From assembly GCF_026571515.1 (NCBI RefSeq), contig NW_026858977.1, positions 248,001-312,000 on the forward strand: 64,000 bases of DNA, in the 5' to 3' direction. The translations under genes were made by a program, and so were the position numbers. This stretch comes from Ruditapes philippinarum (lineage: Eukaryota). Each line of letters begins with the position of its first letter. Positions within the stretch are counted from its first letter, which is position 1. This document shows positions 50,157 to 63,354 of the stretch, one piece after another. The notes under the pieces were generated by a model. It saw only the letters and a list, made by a program, of their open reading frames with translations. It was not told where the DNA came from and made no database searches.

Positions 50157-53100
50157 TCTGGCGGATGAACACACGGTGAAAAGTCTGACGACCGACTATT
50201 GATGAACGGGCTTTATATAGCAAACCGATCACCCCCAAAAATCCTACAAACAGCACGTTCTGGTAATTCATGTTTTCTGGTCTTGTTTCTATGATTTATT
50301 ATTTTGTTTTAAAAACACAAATTTGAGTTTTTAAATGGTTTATGTGGTGCACGATAGTCGTGATTTACTTTGTTTTAAAAATGCTTATTCATTGCCATTT
50401 TATACATTATTTATTGCGGTCGATTTTTTTTCTCTTTTTGTTGTAATTTGTATATTTCTTTAATATGCCGGATACAGAGATAACCGAAACAAATATTTAC
50501 AATTTACAAATAAAATCAATTTTATCGGGGAATATTTACATATGTAAAATGTCTGTAAATATTGTTCATTTCGTTCATTACTTTAGTAGTTAACACCTTT
50601 TTAATCCTTTAATGTAATTTTTTCTAGAGCCGGTGCTACAGTGTGTAAACGTTAGCCATCAATGAACAGATTCAATTAAACCGAATCATTTTCACGTTTA
50701 CCGTCAAACTTTATTATGTTTCATAATTTGATAATTCGAATCATTGAGAATTTCACATAGAAATTTAGACAAGTAAGTTACTAAACCATATCAAATCCCG
50801 ATTCACAGTTAAATAATCTTTAACCTTCACTTCAGTTCTGTTATATTTTTCTGGTCCTTCGGGATCATTGATTCGAGCACTTTGAAGCATTGGAAATAGC
50901 AGGAGCTAGGGGGTTGGTGAGGGATGTTGCACTTTTTCATTATCCCTATGAACAGACTCAATAAAACTGACTTTGCACTTTTCTTGTACTTTTGTTGCGG
51001 GATATCACTCTTTCAGTTGATCTTTACAGATATATCAAAAATCTTATAAGAGTAATATAATTATGTTTGTAGGTTGACTATACATTTTAGAACTTTATTA
51101 TGTTTTTAAAATAAATTGCATTGAATCATAACACCCTTGTGAATTAATTGCATATTTATGTTATTTTTTCCTTTAAAAACACTAAATTCATCTTTTTTCA
51201 ACTAATTTCTTAGTTTGAATTAAAATCCATTTAATTTAACTAATTTTTTTTTGTTTTTAATTCATGACTGTTGATTTATCTGTTGATAAGAATATCAAAC
51301 CTTACTACTTAAGCTAATGTTTTTGTTAGACCAATCCGGCATTTGGCATTTGATCCTGGTCCTTGCTTTTTGAGCGACGTCAAGTATGAGACAGTGAAGC
51401 ATACCAGACAGCACTGAAAGCAAAACTATAAAAATGACATTCATTGATTCAGAAGAAAATGTGTATTCAGGGGCAGCACCAGTAATCACCTCAGTGGGTT
51501 TATAATTAACTAATGTCAATAAACATAAATGTTAACCTAGATGTTTCAATTTAATCAGTTATATATAGATATATTATTTTCGTTGATCTAATGTTTTGCC
51601 CGAAAATATACCAAATGCAATAACACTTTAATTTTTACAAAAGAACGAATTTGGGTGACAAAATGTGTTCAAATTTTATATATATACAGTACACAAATAG
51701 TATTCTAGAGTTGAGAACGTAATTTAATGTTGTAATCAATAAAGATTTGTCAAATATTTCTGTTACTAATGTAGTTAATAAAATATAAATAACTGTTTTA
51801 ATATTTTCACTATTTAAGCAAATTGATTATTTCGTAAAATTCACATATTTTAAAAGGTTAGTTTTACAACAATGTTGTACAAATTTCTTAAAGGTATAAA
51901 ATGTATATAAGGTATAGGTTTGAAAAAAAAATTCTTTATTCTAAACAAACTTTTTTTTTAAATTTTGTTAATAATGACAATATTTTTATGACGAATGCTT
52001 TAATGACATTTTTAATGAATTATGTCATTTTTTCGTGCACAGATCAAGTTACGTGTTGGAATTTCTTTCCCCTTTTAGTATGCATAACAGACAAGAATAC
52101 TTATGTTACAAACAATATATTTTGAGGGTACATAAATCTAGTTTCAATTACATATTAAACGAAAAAATCATTTTACTATATGCAAAGTTTAAGGCGGGAA
52201 CTTCTCCAAAACTTTATCAGATTTATCTTTTCTCTTTGTGTGCATTAGCGTGTTTGTGTGCGTGTTTTGAGTAGCTTTTTAAATAAATATTTTACTCAAT
52301 AAAATATGTTAATACAAATTATTTACTTTTAATGATAATGTTGAATATTGAGAATAAATACATTGTATGTCTAATGCAAAATCTCATATTTCTGCAAGAA
52401 TGAAAAATACAAATAAAGAAATACATCGATTTCTGGTTCATAGAGTTGCAGAGTGAATAGAAATTTGATTAAGATTCTTGACGATGAATGTGCGATGAAT
52501 TCGACAATTTTTAAGAAATTAACATTGATACATATATAGTAAGACACTTCTATGTGTTTAATTAAATTACTTATAATTGATATATGTTTAATATATAAAT
52601 TGTTTGTCTCTAAAAATCACTTCTTCAGTATTAGAAGATATTTAGTGCATGCATTATTATATTATTTGTGCCGATGCAAAAGAAAAAATAGTATGATGGT
52701 AATTATACACACGAGAGAGCAACATTTAATGGCAATATCAAGCCATACAGGACTAAAGGAAAGATATGAAGAATAAAGCAGGAGAAACCAATAAATTATC
52801 CGAATATTGGTGTTTGCTTTAAATAAAAATATTGCATATCATTGATGGTAATAGGCAAATTTATTTTATAGGGTCTCTGTTTAAATGATGTAGGGAAATC
52901 AAAACGTTTTCTGATCCATAATCATACAAATTATAAGTGGCATAAACGATATACTGAGGTACAAAAAAATCAATTAAAATATACACGAATAGGCAACATC
53001 CAAAAAACACATATAAATCAAATACTTGTAGGAGCATGAAATGTATTTGACTCTTTAAAATTTGCCGTCTTTGTCTCTAATTTAATTAAATCGAAAAATT

Positions 53101-53879
53101 CAGTTCTGTGTTATGACAATCATTCTGAATCCTTACATTGTTGAATTTTCTTAGAAGAAAAAACCTGTACAGATTCCAGTTGTGGAGCTATCCGTAATCA
53201 AATTTCTGGAATATCAAGATAAAAATTAAAGGAATTAGTCAACCAACAGTGGGGTTCGAGGTCAGACCGCACGGATGTGTAGACTGACCTCGCGCTATTC
53301 TAGTGACATAGGCTAGAAACTTGCGGATCCAGCAGGTTATGGTATATTAACTTGTTAATATGTAGTTTGAGTCCTATTCTATAATAGGTCGTCAATGGTA
53401 GGCATATACTTTACCATTGAGTCCTTAGCAACCAAACACCTACCCTTTTCACCGCCCTTACCCCCATATATGTAAAGTTTCTGTTTCAATCCTTTTAATT
53501 TATCAAATACTTGTTTTGTTGTTTGTATTTTATCTTTAAGATTCGTTAGAAAGAATGGTAATTGGTTACGTTTCGTATTTTCCTATTTGCCCTGCTGGGT
53601 TTCCACGTGTGACTGCTTAACTTTGGGCGGCGGGAGGAGTCTTTTCGACGAGCATTTCTCTCCCTTGTCCCTTAGCTGTCATAATGATTCTATCAACAAC
53701 AGTATATGGTTTAGGGCAGCAGGTGTTAAGTGCTGCATGGCAGCTGCAAAAATTGCTCATTACTTCACTGTTATATTTTGGTATATGTGTTCAGGTCCTT
53801 TTGCTTCATTTTAATACGTTTAATGCTGAGGTACCGCGCTTATGCCGGTGTATAGTAGGTTTTATTACTTATTATACAG

Positions 53880-54025
53880 GCTAAATAAAAGCAAAGTACG
53901 TTCCTTTAATTGCTGTCGAGGGACCTACTCCTTCCAAAATACAGATATTTAAGCTAAATAAAAGCAAAGTGCGTTCCTTTAATTGCTGTCGAGGGACCTA
54001 CTCCTTCCAAAATACAGATATTTAA
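53880..54025. repeat. Near-perfect 2 x ~73-bp tandem duplication
   Basis: gctaaataaaagcaaagt(a/g)cgttcctttaattgctgtcgagggacctactccttccaaaatacagatatttaa occurs twice. Confidence 0.9.
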
Positions 54026-55522
54026 GGACTCGGTATTTCCTAATTAAAATAATCTCATACCAAATCGGTGTCTCCAATCACAAATGAATATATTCCCGAG
54101 TTATCAGTTTGTATAGGTAATCTTATCATCGCAGGATAATGAATAATTTAGATTCTACGAGGAGTGTTTTGGATTATGTTATTATGATATTATCTGAACA
54201 TGATGATTGGGACATATCAACACGTTAAACTTTGTTATTGTAAAACAAAATCAAAAGTGCACACTTTAGATATTTTTTTAAGTCTGGTAACTATTATTTG
54301 CGTTGAAAAACTATTTTATAATAATCGAATAAATCTTTCGGATTGTTCTGAAAATTTAATATTTTACAAAGGCGAAACCACTAACTATTAAGTAAAATGT
54401 ATTGTATATTATGTCGTGGATAGGAAAAGTATAAAGTAATAGTAACATCTACTTTTTAAGTATACATTGCTCTATTTTCTTAGATCTTGGCTAGTAGCAG
54501 TACAGTGTATGAGAAGAACTAAAGTAATCTGTCTAATGTTCAGATCATCTTTTGTCTGAGCACCACACACTCACATTCGCCTTTCGGTTCTCGATAAAAC
54601 TGTTTAAGCCAACCAATCAAATTAACAGTTACAGATAATGCATTTCACATATCTGTCATCATGCACAACGTCAAATAAGTCAATGCTTTTCGTAGTGAGA
54701 ACACTATTTCTGCGGCATACTTCTCTCTATCATTTGTTTTATTTTACTCAACTTATATAACTATCTTTTGTGGCGCTATTTTGTCCACTTAAAATATTTT
54801 GGAAACGTAAATATCGCGTGCATGGTTTTGGTTTTCAAGTGAACTGGTTGTATCTGCAAAATAAAAGGTAGTCATTGATTGGCAGTGTGACAGTCAGATC
54901 AGGAAGTTTAGTTAGGAGCTGATTATCATTAGATTGGTACGGAGTGTGGTAACTAGTTCTTTCTATAGCTCATGTTCGTGCGGGCTAAATCAATTTAATT
55001 CATTTTAAGTAATATCACTTTTGAAGAGCAAAATTAAGGCAAAGGCTGGCCCTGTACAAAAAACTTATACAGTGGAATTAAGACAGAGCTACAACAACAT
55101 AATTTTTTTTTCTGAATGCTGTTATTTATTTCATGAAAGGAGTATTATACACAAAAATCCCAGTCGGTCGTTGTATTCCAATTTGTTCTGATAATCCTGA
55201 AATAAAAAGTAATACATAAATGATTTGAAAAAGTTTTAATGAATAAATTTCAGAGCTTATAAAAACTAAAATTCATTATTAAGATAAAATTAATATTACT
55301 GTTCCTCGATTTATTTGCAATAGTTGCACTGCATAATTCATTTAAGTCATGATCCCTATAAAAAGCATAAATATCTTGTGTATACTAAATGTAATACTCA
55401 TAAAAATGTAACGCAATGAGAGCAAAAAGAAAACAGTAAAGTGAAAAAGTAAATATCCATTGTTCAGTACATTGTTAGTATATCAAAATTCAGTTTTACC
55501 GTCAAGCCGCTTTCTATCCGCC

Positions 55523-56142
55523 CTAGTACTTGTGCCTGCAACACCAGACCTTCTTGCAAAATTTACACCAGGGGCATCTGCCTCTGGGTTTTTCTCCCCA
55601 CCAACATCGGTGTCTGCATCTGCATCTTCCACCAAAACCTCCTCCCCAGCTCATACCGTAACCTCCGCCGTAACCGCCACCATAACCGCCGCCATAGCCA
55701 CCGCCAAAGCCCACTCCATATCCACCGCCGAATCCACCGCCGAATCCGCCTCCATATCCACCACCGAACCCTCCTCCGTATCCGCCTCCAAATCCGCCTC
55801 CATAGCCTCCCATATAACCACCACCTCCATAGCAGGGCCACTTATAACATTTTCTTGAGAAACCTTAAAAATAAATTAGTTGCTTCTGTTTTGATGTCAT
55901 AATTATCTAGCCAAATTGCTTCTTGTACATTGTTATGTATTTCTTTTAAATTTATTGTTATTTTACAAATGTATCATCAAACTGTATCTTTAATGTGTTT
56001 ATTTATAATATCTCCTTTACAGTATTTAAAAAACCAGCAATTATAACGATAACGAAAAGATAACGACAAATGACTCACCTATTGCTGTTGGTGCCAAAAG
56101 AGCTGCTAAGCAGACGATAAGAAGAGTGGCAGCAGATCTCAT
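55523..56142 (-). CDS. Gene F1: secreted Gly/Tyr/Phe-rich protein with N-terminal Cys pair and C-terminal 8-Cys domain, 134 aa; join(56079..56142, 55523..55863)
   Basis: Exon 1 MRSAATLLIVCLAALLAPTAI-G|GTGAGT; acceptor TTTAAG|GT; exon 2 FSRKCYKWPCYGGGGYMGG..RCRCRHRCWWGEKPRGRCPWCKFCKKVWCCRHKY*; 64+341=405 nt. Confidence 0.92.
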
Positions 56143-56159
56143 TGTGACGAGCAGTGGAT

Positions 56160-56197
56160 AACTGACGATTTTGAAAATATTATGCTGCCTTTATATA
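56160..56197 (-). promoter_or_regulatory. TATA box and consensus initiator TCAGTT of gene F1
   Basis: TATATAAA 56190-56197 and TCAGTT 56160-56165 (minus), ~30 nt apart; conserved in F2. Confidence 0.8.
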
Positions 56198-56424
56198 CCC
56201 CAATATCAAACTGTCCGAAGCGTTAACAGAAATTACGTATTTACAGACCCTTTCATTTTTTCACGTACTTAAGTGATTGATGTGTTTTGCTGAAATAACA
56301 GAAAAAACATGAAAATAGACGTCTGGTATATGCACGACTTCAACAAGCTTGTACAGTGTCATAAACATGATTTATTGGTCCCTTTTTAGAATTTTTCCGC
56401 TTAAAATTTCGCCATCAATATCTT

Positions 56425-57292
56425 AACAAGAGCGATCAGTAATCACATGTGTCGCCTCATGATGGCCAATTTCATGTTGGGACAAATTTTGTGACAGACG
56501 GACAGTGCACAACTAGACTAACCACTTTGTACTGATCATTCCTGTAAAATTTGGATAAAATTGCACCAGTAGTTTATGAGGAGTAGTCCGGACAAGCTTT
56601 TGCGTATCTGGCAACACACAGAAAAAAAAACACCTTTTTATCAAAGGGCCATAACTCGGCCAAAAATCATTCAACCGGAAAACCCTTGCAATATGCGCAA
56701 GGACTTGAGCTACAGATCAATCCTGTAAAGTTTCATTGAAATTGCATAAGTGGTATAAGAGAAGTAGTCTGGACAAACTTTAAAAATAAAAATTATTAAA
56801 GGGCCATAACTCAAACAAAAATCATTGAACCGGAAAATGCTGACAATATGCACAACTAGACTTGATACTGATCATTCCTGTAAAGTTTGGATGAAATTGC
56901 ACCAGTAGTTTATGAGGAGTAGTCCGGACAAGCTTTTGTGTATCTGGCAACACACAGAAAAAGAAACCTTTTTATCAAAGGGCCATAACTCGGCCAAAAA
57001 TCATTCAACCGGAAAACCCGTGCAATATGCGCAAGGACTTGAGCTACAGATCAATCCTGTAAAATTTCATTGAAATTGCATAAGTGGTATAAGAGAAGTA
57101 GTCCGGACAAACTTTAAAATTAAAAATTATTAAAGGGCCATAACTCTGACAAAAATCATTGAACCGGAAAATCCTGACAATATGCACAACTAGACTTGAT
57201 ACTGATCATTCCTGTAAAGTTTGGATGAAATTGCACCAGTAGTTTATGAGGAGTAGTCCGGACAACTTTTGTGACGGACGGACGGACAGACG

Positions 57293-57331
<39 letters not shown>

Positions 57332-57403
57332 GGACAGACGGACAGACAGACGACGGAGAAGTGATCCCTATATGTCGCCACTACTCCGTAGAGGCGACAC
57401 AAA
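56425..57403. mobile_element. Apparently complete non-autonomous Helentron-type element (HINE / pearl-DTC84-like)
   Basis: Subterminal inverted repeat tgtgtcgcct / aggcgacaca, terminal stem-loop tgtcgcc..ggcgaca, (GACG/GACA)n microsatellite 57273-57355, internal repeats with aagggccataactc at 56644, 56799, 56978 and 57133; empty site at ~63660. Confidence 0.85.
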
Positions 57404-60400
57404 AATCGTTTTTATATCATTTCTGCAGTCTCAATAGAAAGAAATAAAAATTATATGTATACTTCAAGAATTTTATATTTTTATGTTCATGTTGACTTCG
57501 TTTCTGAAATGTGTCATTTTGTAATTTAAAGATATTGTTTGACTTGTAATACAAATGAATTTTAGAATCATTTCCATAAAAATGTTCAGCATATGAAAAG
57601 AAAAGAAGAATCAATAATAAGAATTTAAGAATTATTATAGAACAGAGCAAAAATGTTAAACTTTCAAGGTATGTAATAATTTTACCCCCCCCCCATCTCA
57701 ACTTTACCATTGGGTGCCCTGCGACGCACCATTTTCTTTCTTATACCCCTTGTCCCGTAGGCCACCGTTTCACTAATTACATGTCAATCCCCTCCTTTCG
57801 TCGCCTTTATGTCCTCTCCCGTTTTCCATTCTATACATTCTGAGTACCCTGGTGATGTGGCTGGGTTGTGCTGGGGGCTACGTTCTGTCGACTTACTTTG
57901 TTGGTCGTTGTTCTCGTTATCTAGGTCATTTATTACACAAATCGTCTTCTTTATCTTCTTCCTCTAATTCGCATATTCACTTGACCTGATAAACTTCTGA
58001 TAAAGACGAGGACCCTCGGAAGTAATGAATAACAATAAAGATATAAAAGAAAACTGTATGTTCGGTTTAAATGAATCTGTTTATGAGAGCTTATGTAAAA
58101 GTGCAACATCTCTAATGCCCCTTATAACATCGATTTCAATCTTTGATACATTTTGTAGAAGTGTGTTTGAAGTACTGTTAGATCATACGGACGGGCAGTT
58201 TTGAGTAAGAAAATAACAACAATTTTCAAATGTCTCAAAAATAAAAGTTTCAATTACTTTCCCAACCTGTGAAAAGTATTAAGTTTATTTGCAGGAAGCC
58301 AAAAGCAATGACAAAAAGTCAAACTTCTCAAGGGGACCTAGCTGTTGTGTGTCACTTGTTAGAAGAATAAAACAGAAGTTTAAAAGTGTTATACAAGTTC
58401 TAAAAAGATTATAATACGGCAGGTTATATTTAATACACGAACCCTTTTTATAATTTTGTAAGAAATGAAATGACAATATCATTTATAACGAATGCTTAAA
58501 TGACATTTTTAATGAAATATGCCAATCTTTTTCGTGCAAAATTACTGTTGGAATTTCTTTTCCCTTTTAGTATGCATGACAGACAAGAATAATTATGCAA
58601 TAAACAATGTATTTTGAACGTACATGAAACTAGCTTCAATTGCATATTTAAATTTTATATTTATTTCAACTTATAACTGAACACCGTGCTAAGTTTAAGT
58701 CGGGAGCTAAGCCAATTTCAGAATTTTTGCGTGTGCTTACTTGCCTTTTTATTGTTTTTGTTTGGTGTTTATTTTATTCTTTCTTATTTTTTTATTATTC
58801 TAGATAAATGTTTATATAAATAACCAGTCATGATAATATTGAAAAGAAAATGTTTTAATTTATTATCTATTAAGAACTGAAAGTACATATAACGGAATAC
58901 ATCGATTTCTCGTTCTTAGTATGCACAACAAAAAAGATTATTATATTGTTGACGAATAATGTTCCATACGATGTATTTGATTTAAGAAATCATCATTGTT
59001 ATGTACAGTATTATATGACACTACGTTATTTTATGTTAAATAATTTACATTGATTTGTTCATATATATATAAACATGTATCAAGCTTATATCTCTAGAAT
59101 GATGTGCTTCCAGTATTTATGAAAAAAGTAAATTGAAAATGCTAAACCATCAATAACTATACAATGATTTTATCTCGATTTCAAAACAAACTCGGCCAAG
59201 GCTACCAGCTTAACATTTGCCTTTTTATTAAACACCGATAAAATATTATTTGTTATATAGCCTTATTTAAATTAAACTGTCATATAAAACCTAAGATTTT
59301 ATCAAATAAGAACGTGTGAAAAAAATATTGTATAAATATGCAAAAATATGGTAGAGCAAAATTTGAAGACGTAGAAATAAGTAAGACACTAAGTAAATTA
59401 ATTACAGATAAAAAGATATATGACTTAAACACAGAATAAATTTTTGTTTCTAACAATAATGGAATTAATTACGTAACTGAAACTGTCTTTGTTTTTGTTT
59501 TTGTTTTCATTTCATGCTTGCTGCATTCAGGATACTTTATTCCTGGACAGTCTTGATGTTGTTTTAGCACGGTTTAAACCGAAACTAGGGAAAGTGTGAG
59601 ATGTTACACTTTTTATAAACTCATTTATCAGTTTCTGTATTTTGACGGATATTTGATTGTTTAACAAAATCTGACAGTTATCTGGCAACAACAAAGATAT
59701 ATCAAAATTCCTTTGAGTAAATATAGAAAACGGACTCCTCAAGGAACACCCAAAACCAAACCATAGAAAATGTTGCAGGGCAGTCTAGTTAAGCCTGTTT
59801 ATGAACTGTAATGGAGTAATTCCAAGCTACCTTCCATGCCCCTAGCACTTGCTTTAAACTTGAAAAATATTTTAATAAAACATATCGAGTCAAAGACCAT
59901 ACAGAAAAGTGAATATTGTTAACAGTGAGAAGTGTTTCCTAATTATTTTTATTAGAACATGTAAAATTGCCAAAGCTCTGTACACCGCTTATAATCTATG
60001 TGCAGATTCAAACGAACCCAATCTGATCAGGCAACACTAAACAATTCTCCAACCATAAATGATGAATCAACCCCAATTAATAAAAATAAAGATGATATGA
60101 ATTCTAGATCTTGCATCGTTTTCACTTACGGTCGCCTATTCATCCAAACTGATTAAAAGCATCTCCTAAATAACGCTACATATTAAGATCAGCAAGTGGT
60201 AACCTTCTCGTGATTTTTCAAACGGCCAATCATCTGTAAGCTCTAACTATTTTGCGATGCGTTTCTGAAAAAAAAAAACTGGTGTTTTTTTTTTCGATTT
60301 AGCGAGAACAAACACGGTGTTTTAATATACTCTACAGGTAAATTGGCAAAACAATATTGCCCATTAAAAATTTCAAGTTGACATGTTTCAAATTGCTTCA

Positions 60401-61229
60401 AACAATTTTCTCTCCAACAAAGATCAATAATTTGTTTTACTTATTCGGACAACGATATCTTGACATATAATGTGGTAATCAGATCTGCATGTAAGAAATA
60501 AGTAGATCTGAACTTTACTCAGATTGATATTAATATTTTCATGTTGTTTATATTTATATCTACACAACTTACTCCAAATACACGTGCAACTGTCGTCCAT
60601 TGGAACACCAAATGAAACACCAAATTGAATTTAGTCATTTGCATTCCTAGCAGTCAACAACTTTCTATCCCTTTTATTTGAAACACAATTTTCAAACAAA
60701 CCTATGGTACATGAAAAAACAATTAGCCATCGAAGTCGAAACTTATTTTTTCTTTAAGCAGGACGACTGCGAGAATTGACATTACATGTTAACCAACATA
60801 CAAGATGTTGATAACACTAACATGCGAGTTTTTTATGGGTGTAACCATAATGGGTGCAACCATGCTGTGTTGTATAAAAACAATATCCTTCTAACGAAAC
60901 GAAACAAATATAAATGAAAATTGCAGACTCGATTTGATTGAATCCCGAATAACAATATCTCTAACACGCCCAAACGCCTGCTCAAACAGAATTCAATTTT
61001 CGATCCTTTCGTTGCTTTGTCCTTAAGGATTTCAAATAGAGTAGGAGATGAAATGTTCTTAGAATTAGGTTAGTTGGAAAATTGTAGACAGTGTACATCA
61101 CATTATCTCTCGGAAACGATGTTGATCTTACTAAGTACGCTTTTAACGTATAAATTATTTTATCAACTAATTGATTTTGCATTCATCTATGATAAACTTT
61201 AACTATGATTTAACTGATTTCCCTTTTGC

Positions 61230-61640
61230 AGAATTGCTGTTATAATATAATAACCTTTAACGTGTTTTTAAACTGAAACTAGATCTAAGTTATCACTGTT
61301 TGATACCATGATTAAGCCAATTTTAACTTATGGATGTGAAGTGTGGGGTGTATATGGATGTAGACAAGCTACCATGTTTGATTTTGTAAAGATATTGAAG
61401 GGATTAAACACAGTCACTAAAATATGTTGTTTAAGGTGAGCTGTTCCTTGCCTTGTCACCTATGTGTCAAGACCGATCCGTTAAATTTTAGCTTATAAAC
61501 TAGTGAAAAACATTGATTTACTCATAAACCATATGTTTAAAGATCAATGTGACAGTATTACCGTTGTATGTTGGGCAAAAGGAATGTATCCTATGGATGG
61601 CTATTTAGGATTTACTGATATAAGTTTGTATTTTGATATC
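61230..61640 (+). mobile_element. Decayed LINE RT C-terminal fragment (RTE-X-like)
   Basis: Translation KLSLFDTMIKPILTYGCEVWG at ~61287-61350, followed by a frameshifted continuation. Confidence 0.7.
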
Positions 61641-62725
61641 AATATTTGACTCTTTAAATTTTGGCGTCTTTGTCTCTAATTTAATTAATTTGGAAACTCA
61701 GTTTAGAGTTATGGTGATCATTTAAACCCTTACATGGCTATTTTTTTTAAAGACCTGTACAACTTCCTGTGTTGAAGCTCTCTGTTATCAAATGTCTGTA
61801 GTGCAATGTCAGCTTTGTAAACTGACCTTGAGCTATAGTGGTGACAAAGGTTACTAACTTTCGTATCCAGCAGGCTTATATATATTTATTTCTTTATATG
61901 TAGACTGAGTCATATTAACTGATTCTATCTGCAGAACAAAAAGGTAGTCACTGATTGGCTGATTGAAAGGTCACGAAAATGACCTGGTATTTGTGATGTC
62001 AGATCATCAAGTAAAGAGTTATTTGGGAGCTGATAATCATCAGATTGGTACTGAGTGTGGTAACTTCTCTCAAATCTCTGAAATTTGTTTTTATGTACCA
62101 GATAAATTTAATTCATTTTCAGTAATATTTTTTTAGAAGAGCAAAGTTAAGACAAAGGGTGACCCTGATTGTATTATTTAGAATGCAAAATACTGAAAAC
62201 TGGAATTAAGACACGTCTACAACAACAATTATAACAACAACATTTTTTAATGCTATAATTTATTTGATAATAGGAGTATTTTATACTATAATCACAGTCG
62301 GTCGTTGTATTCAAATTTGTTCCGATGAGTCTGAAATAAAACGGAATACATTAATGTTTGGAATAACTTTTAATAAATAAAATATTTTTTGAATAAATAA
62401 ATAATACTGGTATGATAAAATCATTCACAATATTAACACCAGAGCTTTTAATAACTGAAAATCATTTTAAAGTTATAATTAATATTACTGTTCCTTGATT
62501 TATTTTCTATACTCGAACTGCATAATTCATCGTAGTCATATTCCCGAATAAATCTTATAAAGCATAATTATCTTGTGTATTTTAAATGTAATACTCAGAT
62601 AAAATGTAACGCAATGAGAGCCAAAGGAACCCAGTAAGGATAAAACAGTAATTATTCATTAAACTGAACAGTACATGTTAGTATATCAAAATTAATTTTT
62701 ACCATTAAGTCGCTTTGTGTCCGCT

Positions 62726-63354
62726 CTAGTACTTGTGCCTGCAACACCAGACCTTCTTGCAAAATTTACACCAAGGGCATCTGCCTCTGGGCCTTTCACC
62801 CCACCAACATCGGTGTCTGCATCTGCATCTTCCACCAAAATCTCCTCCCCAGCTCATACCGTAACCGCCACCAAATCCACCGCCATTACCGCCACCATTA
62901 CCCGCCGCCAAAGCCACCTCCCAAAGCCCACTCCATTATCCACCGCCGAATCCACCACCGAACCCGCCTCCATATCCACCACCGAATCCTCCTCCGTATC
63001 CGCCTCCAAAATCCGCCTCCATAGCCTCCCATATGCCACCACCTCCATAGCACGGCCAACTTATGACATTTTCTAGAGAAACCTAAAAAAAAATTAGTTG
63101 CTTCTGTTTTATGTCATTCTTATCTTGCCGAATTGCTTTCTTGTACTTTTGTATTTGTATTCTTTTTAATTTATTGTTAATTTTCAAACTGTATTTTTAA
63201 TGTGTTTATGTATTAATATCACTTTTAAAAGTATTTTAAAAAACCAGCAATTATAACGAAAACGAAAAGATAACGAAAAATGACTCACTTAATGCTGTTG
63301 GCGCCAAAAGAGCGGCTAAAGCAGACGATAAGAAGAGTGACAGCAGATCTTCAT
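62726..63354 (-). pseudogene. F2: paralogue of F1 with multiple frameshifts; exons ~63289..63354 and 62726..63082
   Basis: ATG AAG ATC vs F1 ATG AGA TCT plus several other 1-nt insertions in both exons; the Cys domain RCRCRHRCWWGERPRGRCPWCKFCKKVWCCRHKY, splice sites and TATA/Inr are intact. Confidence 0.75.

Noticed and set aside
11062-56142. Naming the genes shematrin, KRMP, abductin, keratin-associated protein or metallothionein
   Set aside because: Similarity is confined to low-complexity composition; domain order and Cys pattern do not match those families as I know them, and signal peptides argue against metallothionein or KAP. No gene symbol assigned.
57246-57437. ORF with RTD/RQTD repeats (similarly 6443-6682)
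   Set aside because: Translation of the GACG/GACA microsatellite inside a non-autonomous element.
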